Source of the DNA: Chrysomallon squamiferum
Lineage: Eukaryota > Animalia > Mollusca
Direction: 5' to 3'
Assembly (NCBI GenBank): GCA_012295275.1
Contig: CM022673.1
Coordinates: 21,204,001-21,268,000 of the forward strand
DNA length: 64,000 nt
The notes under the pieces: generated by a model
Seen by the model: the letters and a program-made list of their open reading frames with translations, nothing else
Told to the model about the DNA's origin: nothing
Database searches by the model: none
Part shown: positions 41,459 to 56,553 of the stretch, in pieces
Layout: every line of letters begins with the position of its first letter
Position numbering within the stretch: the stretch's first letter is position 1
Made by a program: the position numbers and the translations under genes

Positions 41459-41627
41459 AGAATTCTGGAATTATAGTCAGATGAATGTGATTAAAATTAA
41501 TGAGAAATCTAGACCAATGTCATTATCGACAAACAAGCAGTATAATTATCGAAAATTGTACATTTACATAATGTACATGTGGACGTGAATACATATATAT
41601 TTACGTGCATTATACATACTATTTAAT

Positions 41628-41727
<100 letters not shown>

Positions 41728-44372
41728 ATACGACTTATATATGTTTGCACTGAAATTACATTCTTATAAATAAAAATATATTGTAAGACTTGACAATATC
41801 AATAAAACATTATTTTTCGTAGAATTCGTTTTTCTTTTTTTTCATAAATTTTATTTATTTATTTATTTAATGAGTATATATAATCTTACTCTGTATTTTA
41901 TATATATATATATATATTCTTGAAGTTTTGTTTGTGGTAGTGGTGTTGTTGTTTATTATTATTATTATCGTTATATTATCGTTATTATTAAACTTATTTT
42001 CAACAATAAAAATGTCATTACCCACTCGTCCCAGTTTGCTGCAAAGAATAATCATATTTTTTTCTGTTACTAAACAATGTTAATTGTACATCTCTATCTT
42101 ACTGTCAAATCACTGAATAAAAATATCTACAATGATTCTCTGTGTTTTTTCAGCTGTAAGTCTAATTTGACAAGGAAGGTAACGGTTGCCATGGTTATTA
42201 AAAAAAACGAATCCAGCAGATTAGCTGAGAAAGAAGAAACAAGACATTGTAATGTATTTCGCAGCTAGTTGAAAACTAAACAATCTGAACAGAATTTTAT
42301 TTATACCCAGTCTTGTATATTAAGATAATATTTACAAGATATGGAAAATTTAATAAGAACTGTGCAGGATATAATTCATAGGAATATATTCAACAATAAT
42401 TAACCAAACACATATTTAAACAGAACTTATAATATTTATCATTCAGATGTTGTGAAAACATTTCTTAAAACAAGATGGTAGATAATAACTGTTTTTATTC
42501 ACAAATAGGAATACATTAATATAAATAATGAAACTCGTCTCTTTTTATTAAATTAAATTTCTATTATTTAGTTATTTAAGTTATGTTATTTCTGTAATTT
42601 GACATTTTCTTAATGTATCTTCATATCGAATGATTCTTTTGATATTCACCACTGGATACTTCTTTACAATTAGTGTAGGTTATAAAACAGTTTAGTATGC
42701 AAATGGCGCAGAAATAATAACAAATATATTTTACACAAGAACAAATTTAATAATTTTTATGCATTTGACTGAAATTACTATTTATTTATTTTTCCTTCTA
42801 TAATTCTTGATTCTGATGGTTGTTGTTTGAAATGTACTTACACCCACTGTTTCGGACACACAATATTATAAGATATTATATTACAATGCGATATAATTAG
42901 AGAGAAAACAAAACTGATCCTGTTTCTCTCCTTTGATGGGAACAGGTATCTCATTTGCTACCAGTCTTAAGAGATCGGTCACGTAGTCGTATACATTACA
43001 ACTTTAATGTAATAATAATAAGAAGAAGAAGAAGAAGAGGAACTTGTTAACAAAGGCTTTAACTCGTAAGTAATTAACACAATTATATGCAAATATATCT
43101 GGGAAAAAAACAAAAGGAAAAGACGAATACCTCATACTGAGGCACATTAAGATGATAACGGGAATAATGCCTAACGTAAGACAAATGTGTTGGTGTTCCA
43201 GAGGAAGAACGGCTGTTCATCTTGTCATGGTAATTGCGCTCAACAGCAAAACATTTCTCCATGTTAAGGTTCTTTCAGACAAAATGATTTGATGAAACGA
43301 TTTTATATACTGAAAGCTTCTAAAGATATAAATATAATTATAACAAGCTGAAACGGAAACCAGTGTAATAACTCTCCACAAGGAATCGATATACTAGCAC
43401 ATTTTAATGAAGCTCATTTTTCTTAATATTTTCATTTTAATGAGGTTTTGGGTGTGTATGTGTGTGTGTGGGTGGGCGTTTGTGTATGAGTGTTTAATCG
43501 CCTGTGTGTTGTATCTGGTTTCTTTATGGTTTCAGACACAGCATCTAAATGTTTGATTCACAGATTTGAATGTAAAATGGTGTTTCTTATTCATCAGTCT
43601 GGGAAAAACAGTCTTATGAGAAGTTAATATGAAAATGGACTGAAGATATGTTAAATAATAAATAATCTATTCTTTCATTGTTATTTTTCATTTTTTTTTT
43701 ATTTTCATTTTCCTTTTTATTTTATTATTATTTTTTATACATTCTTTGGTTTTTAGTAGTAGTAGCAGAGGAAGAAAAAAATTCATATTTACAGTTTATC
43801 ACACGAAAGTAAAATCTACTTGAACATTCCTGTTAGAATTACACAATGATAAATCAAGCGGCTTCATATATGGCTTTGACCTAGAAATGTCACAATACGA
43901 TTCACTTCAGTTAATCTTTTTCAGGTTAAATACTTTCAGTAATTTTTGTACCTAACGTCTTGTAAACAGCCACATGAGATTTGTTTTTAAATGTTGGAAT
44001 GAAATTTAGATCTTCAGTTTATTTCAAAAGCTGATAGTGGATAAAACATTAAGAAAGAGTTTCATAATATCACATACAAGACAAACGTAATGAATGTTTG
44101 TCTTAAGAAAATGGCCGCCATTAAGCTGATATTTTAAAAGGAAGGATAGGCAGGATGGAAAGCAGACGAGACAAGTAAACGAAAGAAAAGGAAAATCTCT
44201 TTGCGAAAATGAATCTCTCAGAAAATAGAAGTGGTTCACTTTAAACAATCATTTGAAAAACAAACACTGATATAACGGATATCTGAAACAGCGGTCACTG
44301 CTCTCGTTTGACGAGTAAACCGAGAAAAAGAAAAACTGATAACAACTATTTGGCCAGATCTAAGTAGTCACA

Positions 44373-45777
44373 ATGATGTACGTGTCGTTGAAGTCTGTTT
44401 TGAAGTACCTTTCCCTGTACTTGATGACACTGTCTGCTGCTGAAACTTGTACCAAAGTGTCTTCCTGCTCCTGTGTGTTTTCATCAGGAGTCATCGATCT
44501 GTCGCCGCTATCAAATATTAATGGTACTGCTTTGTGAGTATTTAAATAGCTCTTCTAAGATTCCAGTTTAATAGCGTTCGTTTTAAATAGTGATGTTGTT
44601 AGTATCCATTTAAATTTAAATTTAAATAGCATATAATAGGAATCCATTTCCATTAGGCTTGTCTATTAAATTCAAATAGCGAAGTTGTAAGTATTCATTT
44701 CAACAGCACTGCTGTATTAAATTTAAATAGCGATGTTGTGTGCAATATATTAGACTTAAATAAGACTGTTGTTATTATTAAAATTAAATTGTGTTGCATA
44801 TAATATTGAGAATGTAACTAGCTGTAAGATTTAAATTTAAATAGCGCGAATGTTTGTGTGAAATTTAAATGTTCGTTGCAAATATTTAAAGTATTACGAT
44901 TAAAAGGCGTTTAAAGAACGCTTTTGTAATTTAAACAGCGCTATTGTAAATATTAAAGTCAAATGGTATATAAAATATAAATAGCGCAGCTTTGATAGCG
45001 ATAATGTAACTGTTATTGCAAACATTAGACAATCAGTAATACATTTTAAATTATAACGTATAATGTAAATCTTAGTAATACAATGTGTATAATGCGTGGT
45101 ACGCCAATATCAAACAGACAAAACCAGCTGCAAAGTTAGTATCTTTATTTTCGAAAGCTAAACCACTATGACACAGTTAAGACGGTGAACTGTTAACTGT
45201 ATTTCTTAATAAACGGTCTTCCGTTAAAAGAGATTTTCTAGGAAACATACAAATCTTAGCCAGCTGCAATGTCTTATTACGTGACTCACTTGTCAATGAA
45301 ACTGACTGAAACGGATATTTGCCGTAATTTGTACAAAGCTTATCTCTAGAGACTTTTTAATGAACGTGAGAAAAAATAAAATAATATATGTGTATATATA
45401 TATATATGGATGAATAAAGTTGTGAAATTAATCGGAATGTTAAAACTAGTGAGTCTTCATTTTCTGTGTAATGAAAAATGGCAGACGTTACACTTTTGTA
45501 CGTGTGTTCTTCACGACAGCGCACGGTAACAGCGCAATGGAAGAAGGCCTATTATACAAAATTAAACTCACATTAAAAAAACCTATTTTACAATTATTTC
45601 CTTGTTTTCCAGTTTTCACAATTTTTCCGATCTAGAAGATCGCTACAAGTATTCCTGGAATCCATGTCATTCGTTTTCTGACGGTGAAGGTTGTGAAGGA
45701 GTAGCGGTGAGAACAACAGCTCAGTTTACCTTGTAACATTCCACATGCTAATACTCTGATGTATCTACACAGCCCTT

Positions 45778-45855
<78 letters not shown>

Positions 45856-47131
45856 ATTTTATAAACAATATAAATTACTATATGTTTCTCTTTCTATTCA
45901 AATCAGACCGTATTTCGCTCTCTTAGTCTTTCTCATTTAGTAAATAGAATTTTGTTCTCATAGATACTCACTTTAAATGTGCATATTTATACCTACTACT
46001 TTTTACCATTAAACTTCTCTGTCTTCCGTATTTATTATTTTGTTCGTTTTAAGAAAATAAGAAGGTCGCGGTCTCAGGAAGTTACAAATGGAATGATATA
46101 TTGCGTGATTGTACACCTTCCTATTAATGTGTGTGGAACAAAACCTAAAGCTAAACAGAAAAAAAAAAAAAAAAAGTTTTTGTTCTAAATATTTTTAAAA
46201 TTGTTAAAATATTTTATGTAAAATATGTTACGGTTAGTTTGGGGTTTTCTTTACAACAAACGGAAAATTACAAAGAATTTTAATTATCTGATCGACATTT
46301 CGGTCAAAATAATCCACAATATTCTGTATTCAGCACTTCTCACTGTGTTTATTGTTCACTCTGTCACCATATGTCTTTCAGATTCTCTATTTATCTGACT
46401 CTCTCTGCGAGTGAGTGCATGCATCTCTTTGTTTTTGTCACACACGCATACACATACATAGACTTACACATGTAGTTGTAAATGAAAATATAAATTAGAG
46501 GTAATTTCACAATTCTCTCTAGACTAACATTCGACTAAGACCAATTACGTTAGTCACTGTAATAGCGCCGTAGTCATTTTTAATTAATGTTTCCAATGTT
46601 TATCGAGTAAGGCATGTCAGAGTGACCCAGACGGACACAGATACAGCCTGGGGACTCAGGACACGTCACATTTCATCACTGACCATCGTCTAGGCTTGTT
46701 GATAACTTATCATGCAATTACTGACACGCACAGGTAAGCGTTAGAGTACGTGAGTTCCTGTACGAGTTTATTGGAGTATGCGTGAACGAATGTGTCACGT
46801 GAGTTTATGTCTGTGAGCATGTGCGTGTTAATATGTATATAAATATATATATCTGTTTTTTAAAGAAATGGACTGGCTTCTGATCCTATAATCAATCCTT
46901 CATAATGTGCCTATTGACTCATTTCTCGTTCCAGCCAGAACTCAATAATATATTTATCAAAATCCATATTGTTTGCATTGCTGTCTGTGGGAATATTGAA
47001 TACAGATAATGTTACTGATGAAGGATAATGATTTAGCGGGTTTCCTACGTTATAATATTAAAAGTGTTAACATGTCCATTAAACCAATTATTTTATCATT
47101 TTATTCACATGTAAAATTCTTTGATTAAACA

Positions 47132-47213
<82 letters not shown>

Positions 47214-47999
47214 CTTATATTACTAGTTATTCATCTTCCATCAAAAAATAAAGAAAGTGGTGGGCAAAATCAAACTCTGCCCCCTAAATCACCGAGTGCT
47301 CTTACGCCCATGAAATGAACACAAGATTATGCTTTTTCACAATTCTTATTTTCCAGAAGATTATTTGTTCGACTAGAATGCAACCGAAGTGTGGAATACA
47401 TGCTGAACGTGCAGGGTGAAACAGGACGAGGCGGCACAAAATACGTAGGTTTTGTTTACGATGTGCAGAATCAGGCGACTAACACGTCACAAGCTAATCG
47501 ATATCCGGCACTAGCAGACGACTTTAAAACGCCAACTGGATAATCTCCAAACCACTATTATTATGTTCTCTGAGCAAATTTTGAATCAATACAAAGTAAC
47601 TAAGAAATAAAAAATAGTAATTTTTATTTCAGTAAAAAAATAAAGAGATAGCATAAATGAAACATAATAATAATAATAATAATGATGATGTTGATGATGA
47701 TGATGATGATGATGATAAACGTTGGCTCTAATTCCATAAAATAACAAACCAACAATCAATAATTTTATTTATTTTTTAACAATAGCATACAGTTTTTACC
47801 CTTCATTCAGATTTACTTTACTTCTTTTTATTTACTTTGTTGTTAATACATTTTTTAATTTATTTTTTTTAATTTTTTAATTTTTAGTTTATGAATCTTA
47901 TCAGCAAGCATGCTTGTCCTGTAGCTGGAAGATCTGTTTCAATATCAGACAGTTTAACGGTTGGCGAGATACTTGTTATTTTGTAAGTTTTGTATTAAC

Positions 48000-48085
<86 letters not shown>

Positions 48086-48104
48086 AATAAAATCAACAGC
48101 AAAG

Positions 48105-48177
<73 letters not shown>

Positions 48178-48773
48178 TGTTTTGCTACATATATCATCTA
48201 AACACGTTAATTGTATTACTACAGGCTGGTTGTTGTAATACTTCTCTACGTTGCTGTGGGGCTGTTATTTCAAATAGTTGTAAGGAAAGCATCAGGAAGA
48301 CAGTTGATTCCAGATTACTGCTTATGGCCCAACGTTCCACAGCTAATCAAGGTAAACAACTCCGTGTTATTTAATTATTGGACACGCTTTTTCTTCTTCT
48401 TTTTCTTAACTTTATTTCCTTTCAAGACTTGGTAACAAAATTTGATGAGTTATTACTTAGTTGTCATCATCTTCATCATCATCATTATTATTTTCCTTTT
48501 ATCTTAAAATACAACAACCATCATTTATGAATTAATAATAATTATTAGTATTATAAAATACTAATGGTAGTGGTTGTAGTAACAGTAATAGTAAAATCTA
48601 CAAGAAATTAACATTTTCAAAATATTACAACATATAAACATCATTGTAATTTCAAAAACAATTGTGTATTATTTTGATTTCAGGATGTTCACATCAGTTA
48701 CAGAGCTGGTGAGGAGACCATTTCAGACACAGCAGCATTCATTAGTCACATGGAAACTTCAGATATCAACTAA
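44373..48773 (+). CDS. Cation-dependent mannose-6-phosphate receptor-like protein B (tandem paralogue), 258 aa
   Basis: Exons 44373-44533, 45613-45706, 46612-46733, 47357-47444, 47888-47982, 48225-48351 and 48684-48773 have the same phases as paralogue A, and exons 2, 4 and 6 have identical lengths (94/88/127). Motifs: CSCVFSSGVIDLSPL, YSWNPCHSF, ACQ, RRLFVRLEC, GE, YFMNLISKHACP, a TM helix, GRQLIPDYCLWPNVPQLIK. Confidence 0.88.
44540..45000. repeat. Degenerate minisatellite (ttaaatagc motif) in intron 1 of M6PR-like B
   Basis: Variants of (t)ttaaatagc recur about ten times at irregular spacing. Confidence 0.6.
46871..47095 (+). mobile_element. Decayed SINE copy in intron 3 of M6PR-like B
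   Basis: Core atttctcgttccagccag...ctgtctgtgggaat...agcgggtttcct is related to 25470-25640. Confidence 0.45.
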
Positions 48774-50141
48774 CATACAGTTCTGTAAAAATATTTGATA
48801 AAACAATATACATTTTTCATAACTGTCTTCATCACTAATTTTATTTTATTTATTTATTTATTTATTTATTTTTTATTTATTTATTAAGTCCATATTTAAA
48901 CGTTTTCTTAACTTACAAACATCATTTTTGTAAATTAACTGACTACATAAAACAACAATAAGTTATGATAATACTGCTATGCAAAGCAAAATAAAAACGT
49001 TTGAACACCAGCTTCTAAATGAATATTTTTTTGAAACTGATTTTGCTTCAAAACTGATTTAGTTTCTACTTTTTTGTCATAAATTATTATTATTGTCGTT
49101 TTATTTTTATAATAACTGTTTGTTGTTGTTTTTTAGCTGTTGTTTCTTTATTAAATGTGCTTGTGGAACACTGAAATGGTAGTCAAATACATTACCTAAA
49201 CTTCAGGGTTTCTTTTCCTCTAAAACTTGGTAATAAACTGTTTAACAAATTTTGTACATAACATAAATAAATCAATTTCCTTGAGATCTTTCTTTTTCTG
49301 TTTTGATTTTTTTTTTATATTAAAGACAGATATTTCAGATTCCTCCACAGAACTTCATACATTTTTGGTAGATAACCTCACTTTTTTTTTTTTTTTTTTT
49401 TTTTTTATTTGTTTATCTTTGCACTTTGTACATTTCTAAAAAAAATGTATGTGTGTTTGATATTAATATTATTTTCTTTATTTCTTTTTTATTTCTTTTG
49501 TTCTTTCAAAATATATCTGAAATATTTAAAACAAAAAACTCAATCTATTTATAACAATTTAAACTCAACAGTATTATTTTAAACACCATTTTCCTATTGG
49601 TCATTGTTATTGGGTTTTCTCATGGGAATTTCAGCTGGTGGAATTAAAATAATTTTTCAAAATAAAAATGGAAATTTATTCACAACTGTAATTTTGATAA
49701 AACACAGTCTTAAACATTCTTTTTTTTTCTCCAAACAAAACAAAAAATCTATTACTGTACTTTTCTTTTTCTTCCAAAAACTTACTAAATCTTCCACATT
49801 TTATATTTCCAACATTCTCTGTTTCTGTTTCATTCCATCACTACTTTATTTTGATTTTCAATTATTAATGTGTTTTTTGAAGTCTGTAACATGCGCCACA
49901 TTTTGAAACAACGTCCTCTTCCTGTTGTTATGTCATTTGTACAAACCAAGTCTGTTCTATCTTGTTTTCCTTTCAGCCAGTTTTTCTTTTCTTTCTTACC
50001 CATTACTATTTTTTTTTTTTTTTTTTTTTTTTTGCTGTCTTAATTTTCTAATCCTTGGAAATCTTCTTAACAGTTTGTATCCGTGGCAGTTCCTGCCAGT
50101 CATTTTTCTTTGAGAAACAACAAGACGTTTTTCTCTTGTTC

Positions 50142-51357
50142 TCACTTGATGTCCATGAACTGAATGTCCATTACAAGGAGAACTGTGTTAGGCAGTGGAT
50201 GAGAGGCAGGAGACAACACTTTAAATGTTCCTTTGTCTAAATCAATTCCTGTACTGAAATATAAAATATTCATTTTACTACTACTACTACCACCATTATT
50301 ATTAGTAGTAAACTGACTGTAGTTAAATCTTCAAAATAAATAGATAAACAAAAAGCAAATAACCTGAATAAATCATGGATTTTTTCAACTTTCAACTTAA
50401 AAAATAACATGTTGATAAAAAAAATCTGTGTTACATGATAAATATTATTATTTTAAAATACTTTTATTTACGATTCATTTAAACATTTCTTTAATGCTTT
50501 TCTTCCTTCTTCACATGATACTGGGTTATTGATATTATTAGTTTAAGAAATTAATGTTACATTCACTTCAGTACAGGCAATCCTGCGTCAAGCTTTGTAC
50601 TATTTCTGAGACATTTTTAGAATATCAAGTTTATAACTAAAGAAAAGTACTGACGTGAAATTTAACATTTTTAAAACTAAATTACTATTAACAAAACACT
50701 ATTACTTACACAACTATGTGACCGAGTACATTAGCCTCAATGATACTTTGATCTGGTGTGTTTAAAGTTGCTGAACTGATACTTAACACATGATGTAATA
50801 AACCTGTACCTGAAAAAAACAAAACATATAAGATGATCTAAACTAGCTGAGAAAACACAAAAAAACCCTATAAAAAATGTTATAATATTAAAATAAAGAT
50901 TTGAAATTATTAATAAATTATACAAATAAATGTCAGTATGAAATATATTGAAAGGACAAAAGTAAACAAATAATTTGTTTTTCGTTGTGGCATTAGTTCA
51001 AACTATTCAGGTTATATCTTTATGTACATACATATACACACAATTTTATATATATAAAACACACACAACTAATATATTAATGAAAAAGGTTATTTCAAAT
51101 GTGAACATGGAATAAAATATCAACATAAATGCAAGTTGAATAAAAGTACTTTTTCAGTAAATGAAATAATTTACATTTTCATCAAAAATTTCTCTGTATA
51201 TTTATCAAAATTTATGATACAAATACAAAAATTTTACTTGGCAAGAGAGGAACTAATTTAGTTTTGTTGTCCTGAGCTTTCATCCCTAGTGGTAAACAGG
51301 ATTCTGGTAATGGAGGTGCTGAAATTGAAATATATACATTTAAAATAATAATTAAAA

Positions 51358-51400
<43 letters not shown>

Positions 51401-54400
51401 CAGCACTAATATGTCAGTATTCAAATCAGTTGAAATTTAAAATGTTTTCATTAATTTAAGTAAAACATCAAGAATACATGTTCTAACATTTCACCTCACA
51501 TATAAATAACACTTTTATTATTAAGATTTGTGTATCAGTAAATATTTAATCATTTCGATCTCATTATGAGTTCATATATTATGTTTACAAAATACATACA
51601 AGCACAGTGGTATATAATTACAAATCAAATATGCTTTCCAGCTACAACAGCTCAGATCTAATGGGCTTTGGGTCATACTACATAATATCACATAAACATA
51701 ATAAATGAAGCCTACAGGTTTTTCATATTAAAAAAAAGATAAATATTTATTTTTGTAAAAGGAATTATGAACATGCCTTTAATCAAAAATAAAACAATGC
51801 TGAAAATTCATACCACCAATTTTGTAAATTTTAACATCACTGAATTTGACATCAAATGTATGAGGGTAGAGGTTGTTTCTGACTCCATAGAAATATTCAC
51901 GTATCTTTGCGTCTCTGTATTCTGTTCTAGCAGCCTGAGATCTCTCCACTACCTGAAAGTAAGTTATTTATTTATCTTTTTTCTTTGTTTTTTATTTATG
52001 CTGTTAATGTTGATTTTAAAATTAAATTATTATTTCTGAAACCAAGAAATTATGTGTAAATTCATGTATCAAATATGCTCCAAACTACACATTAAAACAT
52101 TTTGTTACTGTGAAGTAATTGAAGCCTCATCACTGACAGTGTCAAATATGTCTCAGAAGTCTATTTTAGTTTTGTGGGGCGTAAATGTATATTATCTTAC
52201 TCCTCCAGACTTTGGCAGTAGAACAATTTTCACAAATTCTGGCATGTCGCGCTTGAGTTCATTATACAGACGTTCCTGATCTAAAACAAACACTGCATCA
52301 ACTGGAATAATAATAATAAAAAAATGTTATCAAAATATATTTCATTTCTTTTCTATCATTCTGTTTATATAAAACAGCACAGTATTTGCAGATGAAATAA
52401 ATTGTGAATCAGCTCCAAAAAATTTGACTTATACACTTTCAATTTGTGGGATCCTATTTACTTAAATCAATGTGATTTCATGTAATGAAAGCTAATAATT
52501 TTTTTTAACTTACTTGTAATTTGATTAATAAAATGTATCTCATATGGAAAAAAAATTTCAACACATATATATATATATATATGCTATCACATATAGAAAT
52601 ACAATTTTCTCAGGAAAGGTAATCAGATAATGCATTAACTATATGTTAAAAGATACAATTAAAGAATCAGGAGGTCAATAATATTTGTTTGTAATTAGAA
52701 AAACTAAAAACAGACAGTATATTACATTGCAAAATATCAGTTACAATAACATGAATGTTACCTTCAAATGCCCCTGCAGCTTGTTTGAGAGCCTCGTAAC
52801 CACCTCCCCTCACCCAGCCCCCAGTGTTTATAATAACACCACTGACATTAACTGTAAACAAAAAATTAGCACAATATTACATATATTTAATTATAAACAT
52901 GTAAACAAAAAACTAATGTTTGTAGAATATTGTAAATTTTTAGTTATAATCAAGTAAACCAACAGTTAAATATTTCTATAAATTGTTTTAATGACATTAA
53001 TTGTCTGTGAAAATTTTCAAATGAATGTAAAATATATTCTATTAATTAGAGAAGGACAAAGTATAACTACAGTTAATATTTATATATGATCTTTTTTTTG
53101 TTTGTTACATTAAAGCCAGCAACCAAACACCCATGCACACACACACACAAATTACCTACATTTTTAACATCAAAAAATGAATCCACAATCTTAAATACTA
53201 AATATTTACATGATAATTAATAGTTCTTATACCCTGAATTTAGCATCATCAAATTTTTATTTTAATGTCATGAAAAAATCTGGATTTTTATTTCATATTC
53301 TTATTTTTGTCATTCCCATTATAACATACTAGAATCGAAATAAAAATAAGGTTAATATATGTTTTATGTACCAAAAAAAAAATAATCGATCAAATTATAT
53401 TAATAACTTAAGTAGTTATATTTTCAATTTCATTACACAAATTTGTTCTTGTATTTCAATTTATACATTTACTTTTGTTAATATGTACACATAAAAATAT
53501 GAGAATATATATCTGTATACCATAGTTGTGTTTATTAATTTTTAATTTCATTTAAAAGAAAATATTATTTCATATATTTTTACTTCTATAACTTTGGTTG
53601 CATCATAAAATAACAAAATCCATGTAAAAAAAAAAAGATAACAGTAATATTAATTTGAACTCTTATGTAACAAATTCTTTTTTCTTCTTCTTTAAATTTC
53701 TTTCTTTTTTATTTTTTGTATTTCATTTTTTAAAAGATTTTTAAACAGACTTTTCATTTTTTTTTTTTTTTTTTTTAAAGTGAAATGGTTTAATATATTT
53801 ACTTTTGTTACTCTGTTCACATCTTAGGTTGATGACATCTGCTAGTCTGGTGACTAACATGTTGTACAAAGTCAAATTGTCTGCTGGATTATAGTGGCCA
53901 TAATGGAATACCAAAGGTGCATTCTGGGAAAAACCGTCCTCAACATCTGCTGGTCTTTCTACTACAAAAGCACCTGAAAAAACAATCAACAAACATTTTT
54001 CAGTTAATTCTGAAAATAAAAAAATTTCAATGTTTTTCTGAAACGATAGGATTTGAGAAATTTATTATTATTACCTTTTTTAAGGAGAGGTGATTATTAT
54101 TTACTTGGTATTTTGCAGGAGATATTTAGCATATTTGTACATTTTCCTTTTTTCCTCTGTAAATTTGATTTTGAATATTATTTCAGAATTAATAAATTCT
54201 AAACAATTCAGACATATTACTTACCTAAAGTTCCAGGAATTCCAACATGGCCCTTTTCAAAAATAAGAAAAATAATTACTAACACTACTAATGTATAGAA
54301 ACTTTAACAGATTTCATGTAAAAAACTGAGAAAAGCATCAAAATGTATTCTTTTTTTATTTAGAAATTACATTAAGCAAACTAATGAATCAAAACATTTT

Positions 54401-56500
54401 ATTGATCAAAGATAATTAAATATGAATATTTTGAAAGAAACCATCAACTAGAAAAAACAATTAAATATGAGAATATATTTTAAGAATATATGTTTCTAAA
54501 CCGAACTTATATTTTTATAGTGACAAAAAATTTGCATGTATGTAACCAGAGAAATATTAAAATTCACATACATCAAAAGAGTGTCAAGGGAAAAAATGAT
54601 TTCCTAAAATTTTCCGTGGTCAGAACAGACATACTGAAAAAATATATCAACATTTATATAATTTAATATAAATATTTACCTGCCCAACATCAAGATCTGC
54701 TAAAACAGGACTCCGCCCCAACCTAACAGCATAGTTGACAAGCATACGACATAAAGTGCTTTTACCTACGTCAGTGGGTCCAACAACCAAAACCTAGCAA
54801 AAACAGATTTAATTAGTTTTAAAAGTAATGAAATCTGTAACATCAGTGATTTTGAATTTAACAGTCTTCTTATTTTTTAATTGTTGTAATGCTAAGAATA
54901 AAATATTTTCTTAATAAAAAGTTTTCAAATTACCATATTTTTATTACTTTTTGTTATAAAGTGTGTAGTCTTTAATAATAATTTTCCTAGTGTTGTTATA
55001 TAATTTCATACACACAAAGTTTTAAAACCTGTCAGACTGAGCTATCATTACAAACAGCTAAACCCTCAATCTGTCTGGTATTTTTCTTGAATTTCCATGT
55101 ACAAACTCACGTAATGATAAAAGATCTATAATCAGCCTATAATATGTCCATACAATTTTATTACTTAAAGATTATTTATTATTGTTTAAAACAGTAACTA
55201 AGAATAATAAAAAAATGTTTAAAACAGTTAAAGACTGTTTCAAACAAACATACTTACTCTTGGTCCCCGGGAACAATCTTCTTCAGCTTTCTGTCGCATC
55301 TGTTCAAGAGCTGCATGAGAGTTAACATACATCACCATAGGTGTCTCCTTGGAAACATATGCCACTTCTGTCTTACCTTTCATGTACTTAAGTCAAGAAA
55401 AATGACAGTGCATTGCGACAGACATGCCTGCTGACCTGTCAGAAAGTGTGCCTGTCGTAGACGTGCTTCACAACAGCTTGCTCTGATTAGCACATTAATT
55501 TGTATAGCAAGTTCAAGTTTACAGTGCATTGTAATCATTAGTAAAAGAGTGACTGACAGACAGAGAGGTCCTCATTAATGCAATACACAATTAATATTTT
55601 TTCTAGTATTGTAGTAAAAAATAATAATAGTAAAAAGTAATTAGTCTTTAGCCTATAATGTCTCTGTACAGAAATGCATACATTTCCCACCTGTGAAATA
55701 TGCAACAGTTGTAACAATTTGATAAAGGATATTCTTATAGAACAGCCATGCCATGTGAAGATAGCAACCTTTGACCCTGGTGGAAATGTGTAAGTTTTAT
55801 TCTTAGCCAATTCAGATCCAAATATCTCCCCAAGTCCTTCACTGAGCTGTTAAAATAATAGTAAAAACAAAGTTTTATTTTTAATATTGTTATTTATTAT
55901 TTCATTTTTATTTATTTGTTAGAGGTTGTACAATTACTATGCAAGGACCTGTATATTAGTTGTTAAAAATAATATTATAATTATGGTGTATATAACAAAT
56001 TATGCAGTTATCAGTAAGTAATTTATATTAGCATTCTAATCCAAAAATTCAATAATGAAAGTACAATGATATCTTGGAACTGACTTATCAAGGTTTATTT
56101 AGCCAATTATATTATATACAATCATAACTAATATTCCAATTTTTGACTTATTTTGTATATTTATACTAATAGATCCTCAAGTACTTCAGAGGTAACATAA
56201 TTTTGAATCTGATGTTTAATAATTGCATAAAACTGTAATAAGCATATAATTTAAAAGTAATTATTTGGAAAAATTTAATAAATCTAATAATGAAACATTA
56301 ATTGTTTACTGAAAAAGACTGAATTAATTAAAAATATAACATATTGTATTTGTTCAGTATATGAACAGAATTAATATATATTTTCTACGATAAACAATAA
56401 GCAATTATACATACTTCAAGCAAAACTGTTGCATTAGATTCCACTTCAAACCTCAGTTCAGAATTGGGATCAAGTTTGTATTTTTCAGTAAAAAGCTAAA

Positions 56501-56553
<53 letters not shown>

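Noticed and set aside
49830-50005. Short minus-strand ORF (MGKKKRKNW...) downstream of the CLP1 stop
   Set aside because: It is under 60 aa, lies in A-rich 3' UTR sequence and has no recognisable homology. An in-frame stop soon after the CLP1 TGA excludes long readthrough.
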